Assembly: GCA_964016885.1 (NCBI GenBank)
Contig: OZ024755.1
Coordinates: forward strand, 6,696,001 to 6,760,000
Direction: 5' to 3'
Source: Eledone cirrhosa
Lineage: Eukaryota
Length of the DNA stretch: 64,000 nt
Below the pieces are notes generated by a model. That model did no database searches. It worked only from the letters and a program-made list of their open reading frames with translations, and was not told the DNA's origin. This document shows, piece by piece, positions 40,765 through 53,446 of the stretch. The position numbers were made by a program, and so were the translations under genes. Position 1 is the first letter of the stretch; every line of letters begins with the position of its first letter.

Positions 40765-41980
40765 TATAATTGTTTCTACTTTTGGCACAATGCCAGCAAT
40801 TACCCAGTACATTACTGGTACTTTATTTTATCGACCCCGTAAGGATGAAGGCAAAGTTAACCTCGGCGGGATTTGAAGTCAGATCATAAAAGGACGTAAC
40901 TCTATGCTTCAAAGCAGGGCGTCCGACTCTCTACCGATACTGCCAATCCACCGCCCTATAATAATATAATAATGAATAATAATGAAATTATTGTGTACAG
41001 TGCTCAGGTGCACTACAACTCATCAAAGCTGCATGTATGGTACATAGAATAATATACAAATGTCTGGGAAGTGATTATGACTGGGAGAATGTACGGTTTT
41101 CCAGGTGATGGCTGATACACAACCCCTAGTATAATAATTGTTTCTAGTTTAGGCATAAGGCCAGTAATTTGAACGGGAGGGGAAGTCAATTAAATCGACC
41201 CAAGTGCATTACTGGTACTTTATTTCATCGACCTCGTAAGGATGAAAGGCAAAGTTAACCTCAGCGGAATTTGAAGCTCAGAACGTAACTCCTACTATAA
41301 TAATTGTTTCTGCTTTTGGCACAAGGCCAGCAATTACCCCAGCACATTACTGGTACTTTATTTTATCGACCCCGTAAGGATGAAAGGCAAAGCTAACCTC
41401 GGCGGGATTTCAACTCAGAACTTAACCCCTGCTATAATAATAATAATGATAATAATTAGTTGTTTTTTTTATTTTGGTTCTTTCTAATCTCTATGAGTCA
41501 TTATACTCACACCCTTTCCTATTACTATATTCTTCTCCGTATTTACATTTATATGAACACCTTAATATTTGTTTATGTATTGAGTTACAAATACGTAAAT
41601 ATACAAATATTGCTAATTAAATTTTATTCTCGTGTGAATATACCCTTTGCCATGGAGTAAAACATCAAAACGCCAAGAAACTAGTCATGTTCTGTGTTGG
41701 CAAAATCAATAACACAAACAATATGGTCATTGTCCGAGGGGTCCAGCCCTTCTGTCCCCATGCCCTAGGCCGAAGACCAATCACCCTTGTGGATTGTCAG
41801 TGTCGGTAGAGGGTCGGACGCTATGCTTTGCAGCAAAGAATAACGGCCCTTTTTGGTCTGAATTCAAATCCCGCCGAGGTTAACTTTGCTTTTCATCCTT
41901 ACGGGGTCGATAAAATAAAGTACCAGTAATACACTGAGATAATTGCTGGCTTTGTGCCAAAAATAGGAACAATAATTATT
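40765..41980. mobile_element. SINE cluster (minus copies 40765-40957 and 41130-41420; plus copy 41789-41980)
   Basis: Matches the consensus. Confidence 0.8.
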
Positions 41981-42503
41981 ATTTAATTTATCTTGATTTA
42001 TGTTCATGTTGTTCCAACACAATTAGCAATTATAATAGTCGATTCTTCACATGCGCCTCTGTCCACTTTTTCTGTGTCCAGGGGCAATTATTCGATTTTC
42101 TCATGAATGGATCTGTGCCCCTCCCCCTGACATAAAATATATTTTACTGCCCATATATTAAGGAAGATTCTGTCAATATCAATACATTACAAGTGTAAAC
42201 ACCTAAAGATATATGTGTGTGTATGTTTTTTTTTTTAACATGACGGACCATGTCGTCTCTTGGGGTCACTCATTGTGACTTGAACATAAAGCAAGATAAT
42301 TGTTTCTACTTTTGGCACAAGGCAGCAACATACCCAGCGCATTACTGGTACTTTATTTTAATAATAATTATTATTATTATATTATGAGTTGTTAGATCTA
42401 GTAAGTTCTTTGTTAACTTCAGTGGGAAGAATTTTAAATATTCCTAGTTAACTTGGGTTGGAGAACTTTCTCGCATTCGTATATATATTAATCTGATATT
42501 CTA

Positions 42504-42565
<62 letters not shown>

Positions 42566-42966
42566 GAAGTTTACACTATAATAATGTATTGAGTACTTTA
42601 CTTACACTACAACCAGCATCACAGCAGCATCCCTAACAATATCACCAACACCACCAACAACACCACCTCCAACAACACGCCAACAACCTCACCACCACCA
42701 TCATCAACGCCAATAGCACGACACCACGACCACTAAGAAGAACAACACCACCACCATCAGCGCCACCACACCACCACACCACCACAACACCACCACCACC
42801 ATTCTATGATACAACTTGGGAGGTACCAGTGTTGTTTTCAAACATACTTGCCCCTTGGCTTAAATTCATAACAGCTTTATTATTAACTCCTTTTCAAATA
42901 TAAACTTCACCCTACATACATACATATATACACATATATATATTTATATACACACATACATACATA

Positions 42967-43120
<154 letters not shown>

Positions 43121-43222
43121 TATATATATTCATTAGTTAAGCAAAACAAGACCACCAATTTCACAAGGAAGACATTATTAAAAGATTGTCAACATATTTT
43201 AGTTTGATGTAAGGAATGTAGA

Positions 43223-43272
<50 letters not shown>

Positions 43273-43500
43273 TTAATAATAATAATGTCCGTTTACAATT
43301 GTTTCTCTACTCCATATAATATTTCTGGATCAAATGATTATATATCATTATTTATCTGGTTCAGTTGAAAATAATTAACATAGGTAAAAATAGAGCAGCT
43401 CATCGGAACTTCAAAAGGAATATAAATTAAAATAAGGAAAGAATGTTACATAAATGTAATGTTCCATATATTGGTATTTCACTATGGTGTCCTGGGTATA

Positions 43501-43652
43501 TCAATTGTCTGCCATAGTCGAGAAGTATTCTTCTGTCGATATTCTGCATATTGCACATTGAGCACATGCCTTTACGCTTTGGCTTCTAACTAACTCACCA
43601 ATCTCTGCTCTCCTATCTCCATCTCTCGCTTTAAGATTGGTTACTCTTGAAC

Positions 43653-43713
<61 letters not shown>

Positions 43714-44261
43714 GATTATATAAACAATGAGTTATATGGTTTGTTAGCGTGCTTATACTATTAAGACTATGCTAAGGTATGTCAATATGTTAACACCAAA
43801 TATATTTTATCTGATAATTTGAGTTCAAATCCCGCCGAGGTTAACTTTGCCTTTCATTCTTACGGGGTCGATGAAATAAAGTACCAGTAATGTACTGGGT
43901 AATTGCTGGTCTTGTGTCAAAAATAGAAACAATTATATTTTATCTGATGAAAGCACACTAACATTTTGTGTCCTTGAAATACGTATAATAAAATAAATAT
44001 GGTATTATAAATGATATTTTCCATTTATTAATATTGTTAATACATATATATATATATATATATATATATGAATGTATATATAGTGTATTTTGCAATACAC
44101 TGTATGCTTAATTAAAAGCATTTCGAAGACCTTACGCTATTGTTTTAGAGTAGTGACAGTCTCACTTACTTTAAATGTTCACCAAACAGGGGAGATAAAG
44201 CTGTCAGGGCTCTGTTTCGTACTTTTTGGTACTTATCAAACCTAAGTACTCCACCTGTTTG
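43501..44261 (-). CDS. Candidate orphan exon pair 44170-44261 + 43501-43651 (QTGGVLRFDKYQKVRNRALTALSPLFGEHLNSRVTNLKARDGDRRAEIGELVRSQSVKACAQCAICRISTEEYFSTMADN*); start exon not found
   Basis: Strong ttttcag/gtaagt around a 92-nt exon with only one open frame; phase 2 matches the next segment, which has a weak cacacag acceptor. No homology recognised. Confidence 0.3.
43816..43933 (+). mobile_element. 5'-truncated SINE with 15-bp TSD
   Basis: TATATTTTATCTGAT at 43801-43815 and 43934-43948. Confidence 0.85.
43936..43995 (+). ncRNA. Hammerhead motif (family B) with palindromic stem III
   Basis: TATTTTAT-CTGATGA-AAGCAC...GTGTCCTT-GAA-ATACGTAT-A-ATAAAATA. Confidence 0.6.
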
Positions 44262-44454
44262 CTGAAAATCATGAATGTTTTATTCTTATAGAATTCTAGT
44301 AATAATCAGAAACTGATTATACAGAGCGGTTGCCGGTCAAGCTCAAATTGAAAATTAGAATTGGCGCTCTGAAATAGCGATATATATATAAAGGTATATA
44401 TAGTGTATTTTGCAATGTAAGCTTAATTAAAAGCATTTCGAAGACCTTACGCTA

Positions 44455-44525
<71 letters not shown>

Positions 44526-45312
44526 TATATATGTATGCGTATATATATATATATATAACTGTATATATATAAATTTGAAAATTGCTGTATGTATGTGTAT
44601 ATATATGTGTGTCGACATGTTTTAATGAGGGCTCATATATTCTAAACCATTCATGCGATTTCTTTGAAATTTTTTACAGAGCTTCTCCTTGCACAAAACC
44701 TGTACATGATCTACAAAGGCTTTCAAAAATCGATATTGGGGCCTTTGGAGACATTAAAAAATTTCGGTTATTTGTATGAATTTTCGTGATTAAGTAAGAC
44801 AAGAGTTATCTTTCGTAATCAAGAGTTACCTTTCTTAATTCGGATTTTAATTTACTCTTTCTACTTGAAATAAAAAGAAATAACAATATCATTTGGTATA
44901 TTTCTCAACCAGCAATTTCTAACAGATTACTAAGTTAAGTTATAGATTTGACATTGTATAATTTATCGTTTCAAGCTTGATGTTCATTTTAACTGATCTC
45001 ATAACTTTTACAATATTATGCTTAAATTTATCTAAAGGATGTTTTATACATCAAAGACTTACAATTATTCTATTTTTTCGCATTGATTAGACAACGTTTC
45101 TGAAACATAATTTAATTATTAACTTACATGCCCTCTACATTTCCAACGTTCTACCGCTACATGTACTTCAAATACATTTTACAATTGAACTTTATTTTTA
45201 CATTCGGTTGTGTTTCATCGTTTTTTTTCTATGTATTAAAATTTACTTTGTTTAGTTTAATGAGCTACATCGAAAGCTACTTGAACCGTCCAAAGGACGG
45301 GTAGTTTAGCTA

Positions 45313-45376
<64 letters not shown>

Positions 45377-45697
45377 CGAATACAATTCAAACTAATTTTT
45401 CAGTGTAACGAAATGTTGTTCGATTTGTTTCGGTCGATCTACAGTGCTACAGCCTTACCCTGCTGGCAAAACGGCAAAGACGTTACCACAGGGAATGGCC
45501 TGAGACACGCGCTGCAAAAGCCACTCCACATCTCAGAATCCCTCCTCAAGCAGGCCGCCGTCATTACGAAGGAAATCATCGGTACAGGGGCCAAGGAGGC
45601 TAGGGTCTCTTCAGAGACCGGCGCAGAGAAGAAACGATTGCTCATGCCCCGTATTTGACTATATTCCTTCGATTTCATCTTGTACTTCTCACTCTAT

Positions 45698-45731
45698 CTT
45701 CTGATGAACGACTAGTGTCCGAAACGTCAAA
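45698..45731 (+). ncRNA. Minimal hammerhead motif (family A)
   Basis: CTT-CTGATGA-ACGAC-TAGT-GTCC-GAAAC-GTC-AAA. Confidence 0.6.
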
Positions 45732-45883
45732 ATTCTTTTACTACTCTATCAAGCGTTAAACTAATATATTTATTCATTGTACTCTGCATTGCACTATGTA
45801 TATTGCAGACATACACACACATATATGTATATATATATATATGTGGGGGGGGGGGGTATTTATCTCTCTGTCTAAATATATAT

Positions 45884-45957
<74 letters not shown>

Positions 45958-45959
<2 letters not shown>

Positions 45960-46077
45960 CGAAGGAGTTGTGGTAAGGAACCAGATGGACCATAACGCAC
46001 CAGAATACTCAATACATAGGGTAGTAGAGTGGATAATAGGAGAAAGTTCTGCCGTCGAGGGTCATACTTTCTCCTAT
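45958..46077. mobile_element. Family D element with collapsed hairpin
   Basis: Same body as 16351; most of the left hairpin arm is deleted. Confidence 0.75.
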
Positions 46078-46422
46078 ATATATATATATATATATATATA
46101 TGACATATCCACACATATGCCTTCATTCAAAGACTGGTGTATTTATACACACACACACACAGAGACACACACACACACATTTACACACACGTATGAGGTA
46201 TATATACCATTTAAATGAGATGTATTGAAAGCTCATTTCCTCTGATAAAACAAACACTCTTATCTAAAGATCTATACACTGTTAATAGCAGCCATCCATT
46301 CAATGTATAGATTGTATGTATGTATTATGTATTATGTATGTATGTGTATGTCTGTGTATATATGTATGTGTATGTATATATGTATGTATGCAAATATGTA
46401 TGCGCGTATATATATATATACA

Positions 46423-46480
<58 letters not shown>

Positions 46481-46766
46481 AATATGTATATATATATATA
46501 TGTATGTATGTAAATATGTATGTGTGTGTATATATATATATATTTGTATATATATATGTATGTATGTATGAATATGTGTATGTATGTAAGTAAATATGTG
46601 TATGTATGTATGTATGTAGGTAGGTATGTAGGTATGTAAGCGTGTATGTAGGTACACAGATATATGTGTGTATGTGTGTGTGTGTGTCTGTGTATATGTG
46701 TGTGTGTGTGTGTTTGATTTCTTCTCACAATAAAGTAAAAAGAAAACGGTCATAAACAATGGCCCC

Positions 46767-46803
<37 letters not shown>

Positions 46804-46974
46804 TCTCTCTCCACTCTCCCCTTAACTCTCCGCCCCTCTCTACACGTATGTACAGAGACGTGTGTAATTATATTTGTGCAGTATGTGTATATGTTTATAT
46901 GCACGTGTTTGTGTATATATATATGTATATGTATATGTATATATATGTACGAGTATATAAATATATACGTGCAA

Positions 46975-47072
<98 letters not shown>

Positions 47073-47163
47073 CTATGTATGTGTATATTTGTATATGAAC
47101 ATGTATATAAGTATATATGAAGGTACACATACATACATACTTTCATGCACACACACACATATA

Positions 47164-47204
<41 letters not shown>

Positions 47205-47524
47205 GCACTTGTATGTGTATGCGTATATATATATATATATATATATATATGCCTATGTATATGTATATACGCAAGTGTATGTATATATATACATGTGTAT
47301 GTGTATGGAACATGACTCATTAATGATAAACTTACAATAACCGGACACACCCACCTAGTATGAAGACCCTACCGGTTACGGTTGTACCATCCCGTTCAAT
47401 CAGGGAACATTGTTAGGGGCTAACAAACGCGCTCCTATATTCTTGTTTGTCTAATTCAATCTACCAGCCCATCCCCACCCTCAGCCAAGTCTCAACAGTG
47501 CTACGTTTATTCTTTCAGACGATG

Positions 47525-49614
47525 TCACAGTACCCCCAACATCTCCACCCTGGACAAAATCTCAACGTTAAGATATTTATTCTTTCAGACAGTACCTCCA
47601 ATATCTCCACCCTCAGTAAAGTCTCGACAGTACCTCCAAGATCTCCACCCTCAGTAAAATCTCGACAGTACCACAACATCTCCACCCTCAGTAAAGTCTC
47701 GACAGTACCTCCAAGATCTCCACCCTCAGTAAAGTCTCGACAGTACCCAACATCTCCACCCTCAGTAAAGTCTCGACAGTACCTCCAAGATCTCCACCCT
47801 CAGTAAAGTCTCGACAGTACCCAATATCTCCACCCTCAGTAAAGTCTCGACAGTACCTCCAAGATCTCCACCCTCAGTAAGATCTCGACAGTACCACAAC
47901 ATCTCCACCCTCAGTAAAGTCTCGACAGTACCACAACATCTCCACACTCAGTAAAGTCTCGACAGTACCTCCAACATCTCCACCCTCAGTAAAGTCTCGA
48001 CAGTACCTCCAACATCTCCACCCTCAGTAAAGTCTCGACAGTACCACAACATCTCCACCCTCAGTAAAGTCTCGACAGTACCTCCAACATCTCCACCCTC
48101 AGTAAAATTTCGACAGTACCCAACATCTCCACCCTCAGTAAAGTCTCGACAGTACCTCCAACATCTCCACCCTCAGTAAAGTCTCGACAGTACCCAACAT
48201 CTCCACCCTCAGTAAAGTCTCGACAGTACCTCCAAGATCTCCACCCTCAGTAAAATCTCGACAGTACCTCCAACATCTCCACCCTCAGTAAAATTTCGAG
48301 AGTACCCAACATCTCCACCCTCAGTAAAGTCTCGACAGTACCACAACATCTCCACCCTCAGTAAAGTCTCAACAGTACCTCCAACATCTCCACACTCAGT
48401 AAAGTCTCGACAGTACCTCCAACATCTCCACCCTCAGTAAAGTCTCGACAGTACCTCCAACATCTCCACACTCAGTAAAGTCTCGACAGTACCTCCAACA
48501 TCTCCACCCTCAGTAAAGTCTCGACAGTACCACAACATCTCCACCCTCAGTAAAGTCTCAACAGTACCTCCAACATCTCCACACTCAGTAAAGTCTCGAC
48601 AGTACCTCCAACATCTCCACCCTCAGTAAAGTCTCGACAGTACCACAACATCTCCACCCTCAGTAAAGTCTCAACAGTACCTCCAACATCTCCACCCTCA
48701 GTAAAGTCTCGACAGTACCTCCAACATCTCCACACTCAGTAAAGTATCGACAGTACCTCCAACACCTCCACCCTCAGTAAAGTCTCAACAGTACCTCCAA
48801 CATTTCCACCCTCAGTAAAGTCTCGACAGTACCTCCAACATCTCCACCCTCAGTAAAGTCTCGACAGTACCATAACATCTCCACCCTCAGTAAAGTCTCG
48901 ACAGTACCTCCAACATCTCCACACTCAGTAAAGTCTCTACAGTACCTCCATCTCCACCCTCAGTAAAGTCTCGACAGTACCTCCATCTCCACCCTCAGTA
49001 AAGTCTCGACAGTACCTCCAACATCTCCACCCTCAGTAAAGTCTCGACAGTACCACAACATCTCCACCCTCAGTAAAGTCTCGACAGTACCTCCAACATC
49101 TCCACCCTCAGTAAAGTCTCAACAGTACCTCCAACATCTCCACCCTCAGTAAAGTCTCGACAGTACCTCCAACATCTCCACCCTCAGTAAAGTCTCGACA
49201 GTACCACAACATCTCCACCCTCAGTAAAGTCTCGACAGTACCTCCATCTCCACCCTCAGTAAAGTCTCAACAGTACCTCCAACATCTCCACCCTCAGTAA
49301 AGTCTCGACAGTACCTCCAACATCTCCACCCTCAGTAAAGTCTCGACATTACCTCCATCTCCACCCTCAGTAAAGTCTCGACAGTACCTCCAACATCTCC
49401 ACACTCAGTAAAGTCTCGACAGTACCTCCAACATCTCCACCCTCAGTAAAGTCTCGACAGTACCTCCAACATCTCCACCCTCAGTAAAGTCTCGACAGTA
49501 CCTCCAACATCTCCACCCTCAGTAAAGTCTCGACAGTACCACAACATCTCCACCCTCAGTAAAGTCTCGACAGTACCTCCATCTCCACCCTCAGTAAAGT
49601 CTCAACGTTAAGAT
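47525..49614. repeat. 35-38-bp minisatellite, about 55 copies
   Basis: CTCCACCCTCAGTAAAGTCTCGACAGTACCTCCAACAT and length variants. Confidence 0.97.
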
Positions 49615-49734
49615 GTGCATTCTCTCGACAATACCAGAACGACTATTTAAGTTTCTTCATACGACGACATACGAAGTCTAACTTCATTGTACGATGTTGA
49701 CCAGCACAACCCCTGTCCTTGTGACACGTGAAGT

Positions 49735-50025
49735 ATGGAAGTGTTGTGAGACAGGAGGTATGGAAGTGTTGTGAGACAGGAGGTATGGAGATGTTGTGAG
49801 ACAGGAGGTATGGAGATGTTGTGAGACAGGAGGTATGGAAGTGTTGTAACACAGAAGGTATGCAGGTGTTGTGAAATAGGAGGTATGCAGGTGTTGTGAA
49901 ACAGGAGGTATGGAAGTGTTGTGAGACAGGAGGTATGGAAGTGTTGTGAAACAGGAGGAATGGAGGTATTGTGAGACAGGAGGTAAGGAGCTGTTGTGAG
50001 ACAGGAGGTATGGAGGTGTTGTTAG
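49735..50025. repeat. 25-bp minisatellite, about 11 copies
   Basis: GTGTTGTGAGACAGGAGGTATGGAA. Confidence 0.93.
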
Positions 50026-50359
50026 GTGTGAATCTCTGAAAACTTAAGGAATGTTAATGTATTTGTTGATTGATATTTTCTTCAAGGACATAAATAAGAT
50101 AATGTTGACAACACAATAATGTGGACTTATAGCAAAGTAAGAGACATCAACTACCACACCACATAATATACTGAATAAAGTATTTTTTTTTAATTTCAGT
50201 AGTCCACCACCACCACCACCACCACCATCTCTCCTCTTTTCCACTCTCTTTCTATCTCTCCCTTCTTCTCTCTCACATTCGCATGGATATTTGAACAAAA
50301 ATGAAAAGAATTGTCATAGCCTTATTCCTTTTATTGTCTGTTGATTATACACACACCAC

Positions 50360-50690
50360 ACACGTATATATAGACGAGTTGAGAGAGGAACTGTGTATTT
50401 GAGGGATAAGCTGTAGTGTGTGGGAGAGAAGACTGCATTGGTATGGACATATGATGCACATGGAGGATGACCACTGGGTAAAGAAGTGCCAAGAAATCCC
50501 AATGAAAGGAAGTTGTAATAGAAGAAGACCACGAAAATCATGGGTGGAGGTGGTGAGAGCTGACCTCAGATCGCTGAAGCTGATGGAGAAGATGACAAAG
50601 GACCGTGACAAATGGAGAGATGCTGTGCTGAATAGGACCCATCCCACTCTTGCAAACAGGAAAAAGCAGACGTAAAATGATGATGATGAT
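50360..50690 (+). mobile_element. RTE LINE 3' end
   Basis: ERRLHWYGHMMHMEDDHWVKKC...RRRPRKSW; (GAT)n tail. Confidence 0.85.
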
Positions 50691-50744
50691 ATATATATAT
50701 ATACACGTATATATATATATTATTATATATATGTTTTTCGTGGT

Positions 50745-51165
50745 CTACCTCTACCACGTCTTCCTTCAACTGGCATTTCCTGGAACTTCTTCACCCATCA
50801 ATCATCCTCCATGCGCATCACATGTCCATACCACTTCAGTCTCCTCTCTTGCACAATACATTCTATCCCTCTCAGACACAGTTTCTCTCTCAACACATTC
50901 ATGCTGGATCGTTCACGCACATTTACACTGCACATCCAACGGAGCAGGCTTGCTTCATTTCTCTCCAGCCGTCGCATATCCTCTGTAGTTGCTGCCCATG
51001 TCTCACTACGATGCAGCATCGCGCATCTCACACTGGCATCATATAACCGGCCTTTCGTATGCAGGAGAAACCCTTCTTCGTCAGCAGAGGAAGCAGCTCC
51101 CTAAACTTCTTCCAACCAGTCCTTATTCTAGATACTATGGCCTCGGAACACCCCCCTCCCATGCT
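50745..51165 (-). mobile_element. RTE LINE fragment, inverted relative to its neighbour
   Basis: AMLHRSETWA...RLERNE...RRLKWYGHVMRMEDD. Confidence 0.85.
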
Positions 51166-51189
51166 AAATAAATATATATAAATAAATAA

Positions 51190-51224
<35 letters not shown>

Positions 51225-51246
51225 TCTATATATATATATTTATATA

Positions 51247-51456
51247 TATTTAATTAGAAAGTGAACACAATATATAACTACTCCATTACCAAAGGTTTCA
51301 GGAACCTAGACAATATTAATATATGTCTAGATCGTTCATCAGATGTATGATGAATGATGTCAGATGTATGATGACGTATATTAATATTGTCCAGGGTCAT
51401 GAAACCTTTGGTAATTGAGTAGTTATATATTGTGTTGTTCACTTTCTAATTAAATA
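51247..51456. repeat. Inverted repeat containing the family C hammerhead
   Basis: Arms TATTTAATTAGAAAGTGAAC...AATATTAATATA and their reverse complement. Confidence 0.85.
51284..51345 (-). ncRNA. Near-complete type-I hammerhead motif (family C)
   Basis: Minus strand CAT-CTGATGA-AC-GATCTAGACA-loop-TGTCTAGGTT-CCT-GAAA-CC-TTT-GG-TA-ATG; GUA triplet. Confidence 0.6.
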
Positions 51457-51669
51457 GCTCTGTTCTATACATAGAGCACTCTTTTTTCCTTTGCTTTTTC
51501 TTCTGAATTACCTAACATATATATATGTATGACAGGCTTCATACAGTTCCTGTCTATCAATTTCACTGACTAGTCATTGATCAGTCTGGGATTATTGTCG
51601 AAGACATTTGCCAAATATGTCACAAAATAAGACTGAACCCCAAGCCATGTGTTTGTAAAACAGAGAAGA

Positions 51670-51910
51670 ACTTAACTACACAGCTATATATATGTACCTC
51701 CTTAACCAGACAGCCTTGTCTGTACCTTCTTAACCACACAGCCATGTCTGTACCTCCTTAACCACACAGCCATGTCTGTACCTCCTTAACTACACAGCCT
51801 TATTTGTACCTCCTTAACTACACAGCCTTATTTGTACCTCCTTAACCACACAGCCATGTCTGTACCTCCTTAACCACACAGCCATATCTGTACTACATAG
51901 CCATGTCTAC
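51670..51910. repeat. 28-bp SINE-head minisatellite, about 8 copies
   Basis: TGTACCTCCTTAACCACACAGCCATGTC. Confidence 0.9.
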
Positions 51911-52329
51911 ACATATGTCTGTATGTACTTAAAGGACAGGTGAAATATGACCCAGTTGATAACATCATTTAAATTCATTAGGTCATAAATATATTTTTCG
52001 TTTGACAAAAGTTTTCTGTAATGCCACTGGCATTTTATATCTTTTTTTTTTCTTTTTTGTCATATATCATGAGATTATGTACTTATTCTTCTATACAACT
52101 GACTCCAATCTACCACCAACAGCCTCCCCTCTCCTCTACCACCATCATAATCTTTCATGTTCTTAATTCTCAATATTTGAGGGAAAACAGATTATATTCA
52201 AATATGTTTGCACCCATTTACATCAAAATATTTATATAACAATGTAGATACGTATGGGCATTATATATATATCATCATCATCATCTTCGTTTAACGTCCA
52301 TTTTCCATGCTAGCATGGGTTAGATCGTT

Positions 52330-52368
<39 letters not shown>

Positions 52369-52521
52369 TTAAAGGTTAAACAAGTTTCAATGAATAAATC
52401 AAAGAATGAGTTTTACAATAGATTGGAAGCACTCAACAGAAATGGTTTTCTGGAGTTATTAATATTAATTCAAAATATTAACAAAAATAGGAAGAATGTC
52501 TATTTTTGTTAATATTTTGAA

Positions 52522-52573
<52 letters not shown>

Positions 52574-52926
52574 TAAGGGTGAAAGCAGCGATTCTTTGCT
52601 TAAACTTTAATCTGTTATTTTAATAAATATATATATGCACACAGACTGAAACATACACCTAGTAGGCCCCTCTTAACCCCTATACCTGCACCCAACCACT
52701 CCTGTCCACAGCACCCTTACACTGTGAACAAAATATATCCAGCCCACACTTTAAAGTGGTCGTGTAGGAGTCATGGCTAAAAGCACCCAGCACACACTGT
52801 AAATGTGGTTGGCGTTAGGAATGGCATCCAGCCAGAAACAGTCCTATATGAATAAGACATGGGCGCCTGACCCAACTTACCTTAAATGAGACGACCCGTC
52901 TAGTCCATGCTAGTGTGGAAAATAAT

Positions 52927-53446
52927 GTTAAATAATTGTTTCTACTTTTGGCACAAGGCCAGCAATTATCCAGTGTATTACTGGTACTTTATTTTATCGA
53001 CCCCCGTAAGGATGAAAGGCAAGTTAACCTCGGCGGGATTTGAACTCAGACTGTAAAGGGACGTAGCTATGCTAGAAAACATGACGTCCAACCCTCTACC
53101 GCTACTGCCAATTCACCGTGTTAAATAATTGTTTCTACTTTTGGCACAGGCCAGCAATTAACCAGTGCATTACTGGTACTTTATTTTATCGACCCCCGTA
53201 AGGATGAAAGGCAAGTTAACCTCGGCGGGATTTGAACTCAGACTGTAAAGGGACGTAGCTATGCTAGAAAACATGACGTCCAACCCTCTACCGCTACTGC
53301 CAATTCACCGTGTTAAATAATTGTTTCTACTTTTGGCACAGGCCAGCAATTAACCAGTGCATTACTGGTACTTTATTTTATCGACCCCATAAGGATGAAA
53401 GGCAAAGTCAACCTCGGCGGTATTTGACATCACCGTGTTAAATAAT
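52927..53446 (-). mobile_element. Tandem SINE trimer
   Basis: Units separated by (CCGT)GTTAAATAAT. Confidence 0.85.

Noticed and set aside
45063-45228. Upstream coding exon for the orphan exon pair
   Set aside because: Candidate GT-AG segments have stops in the required frames, and the two are separated by only 28 nt.
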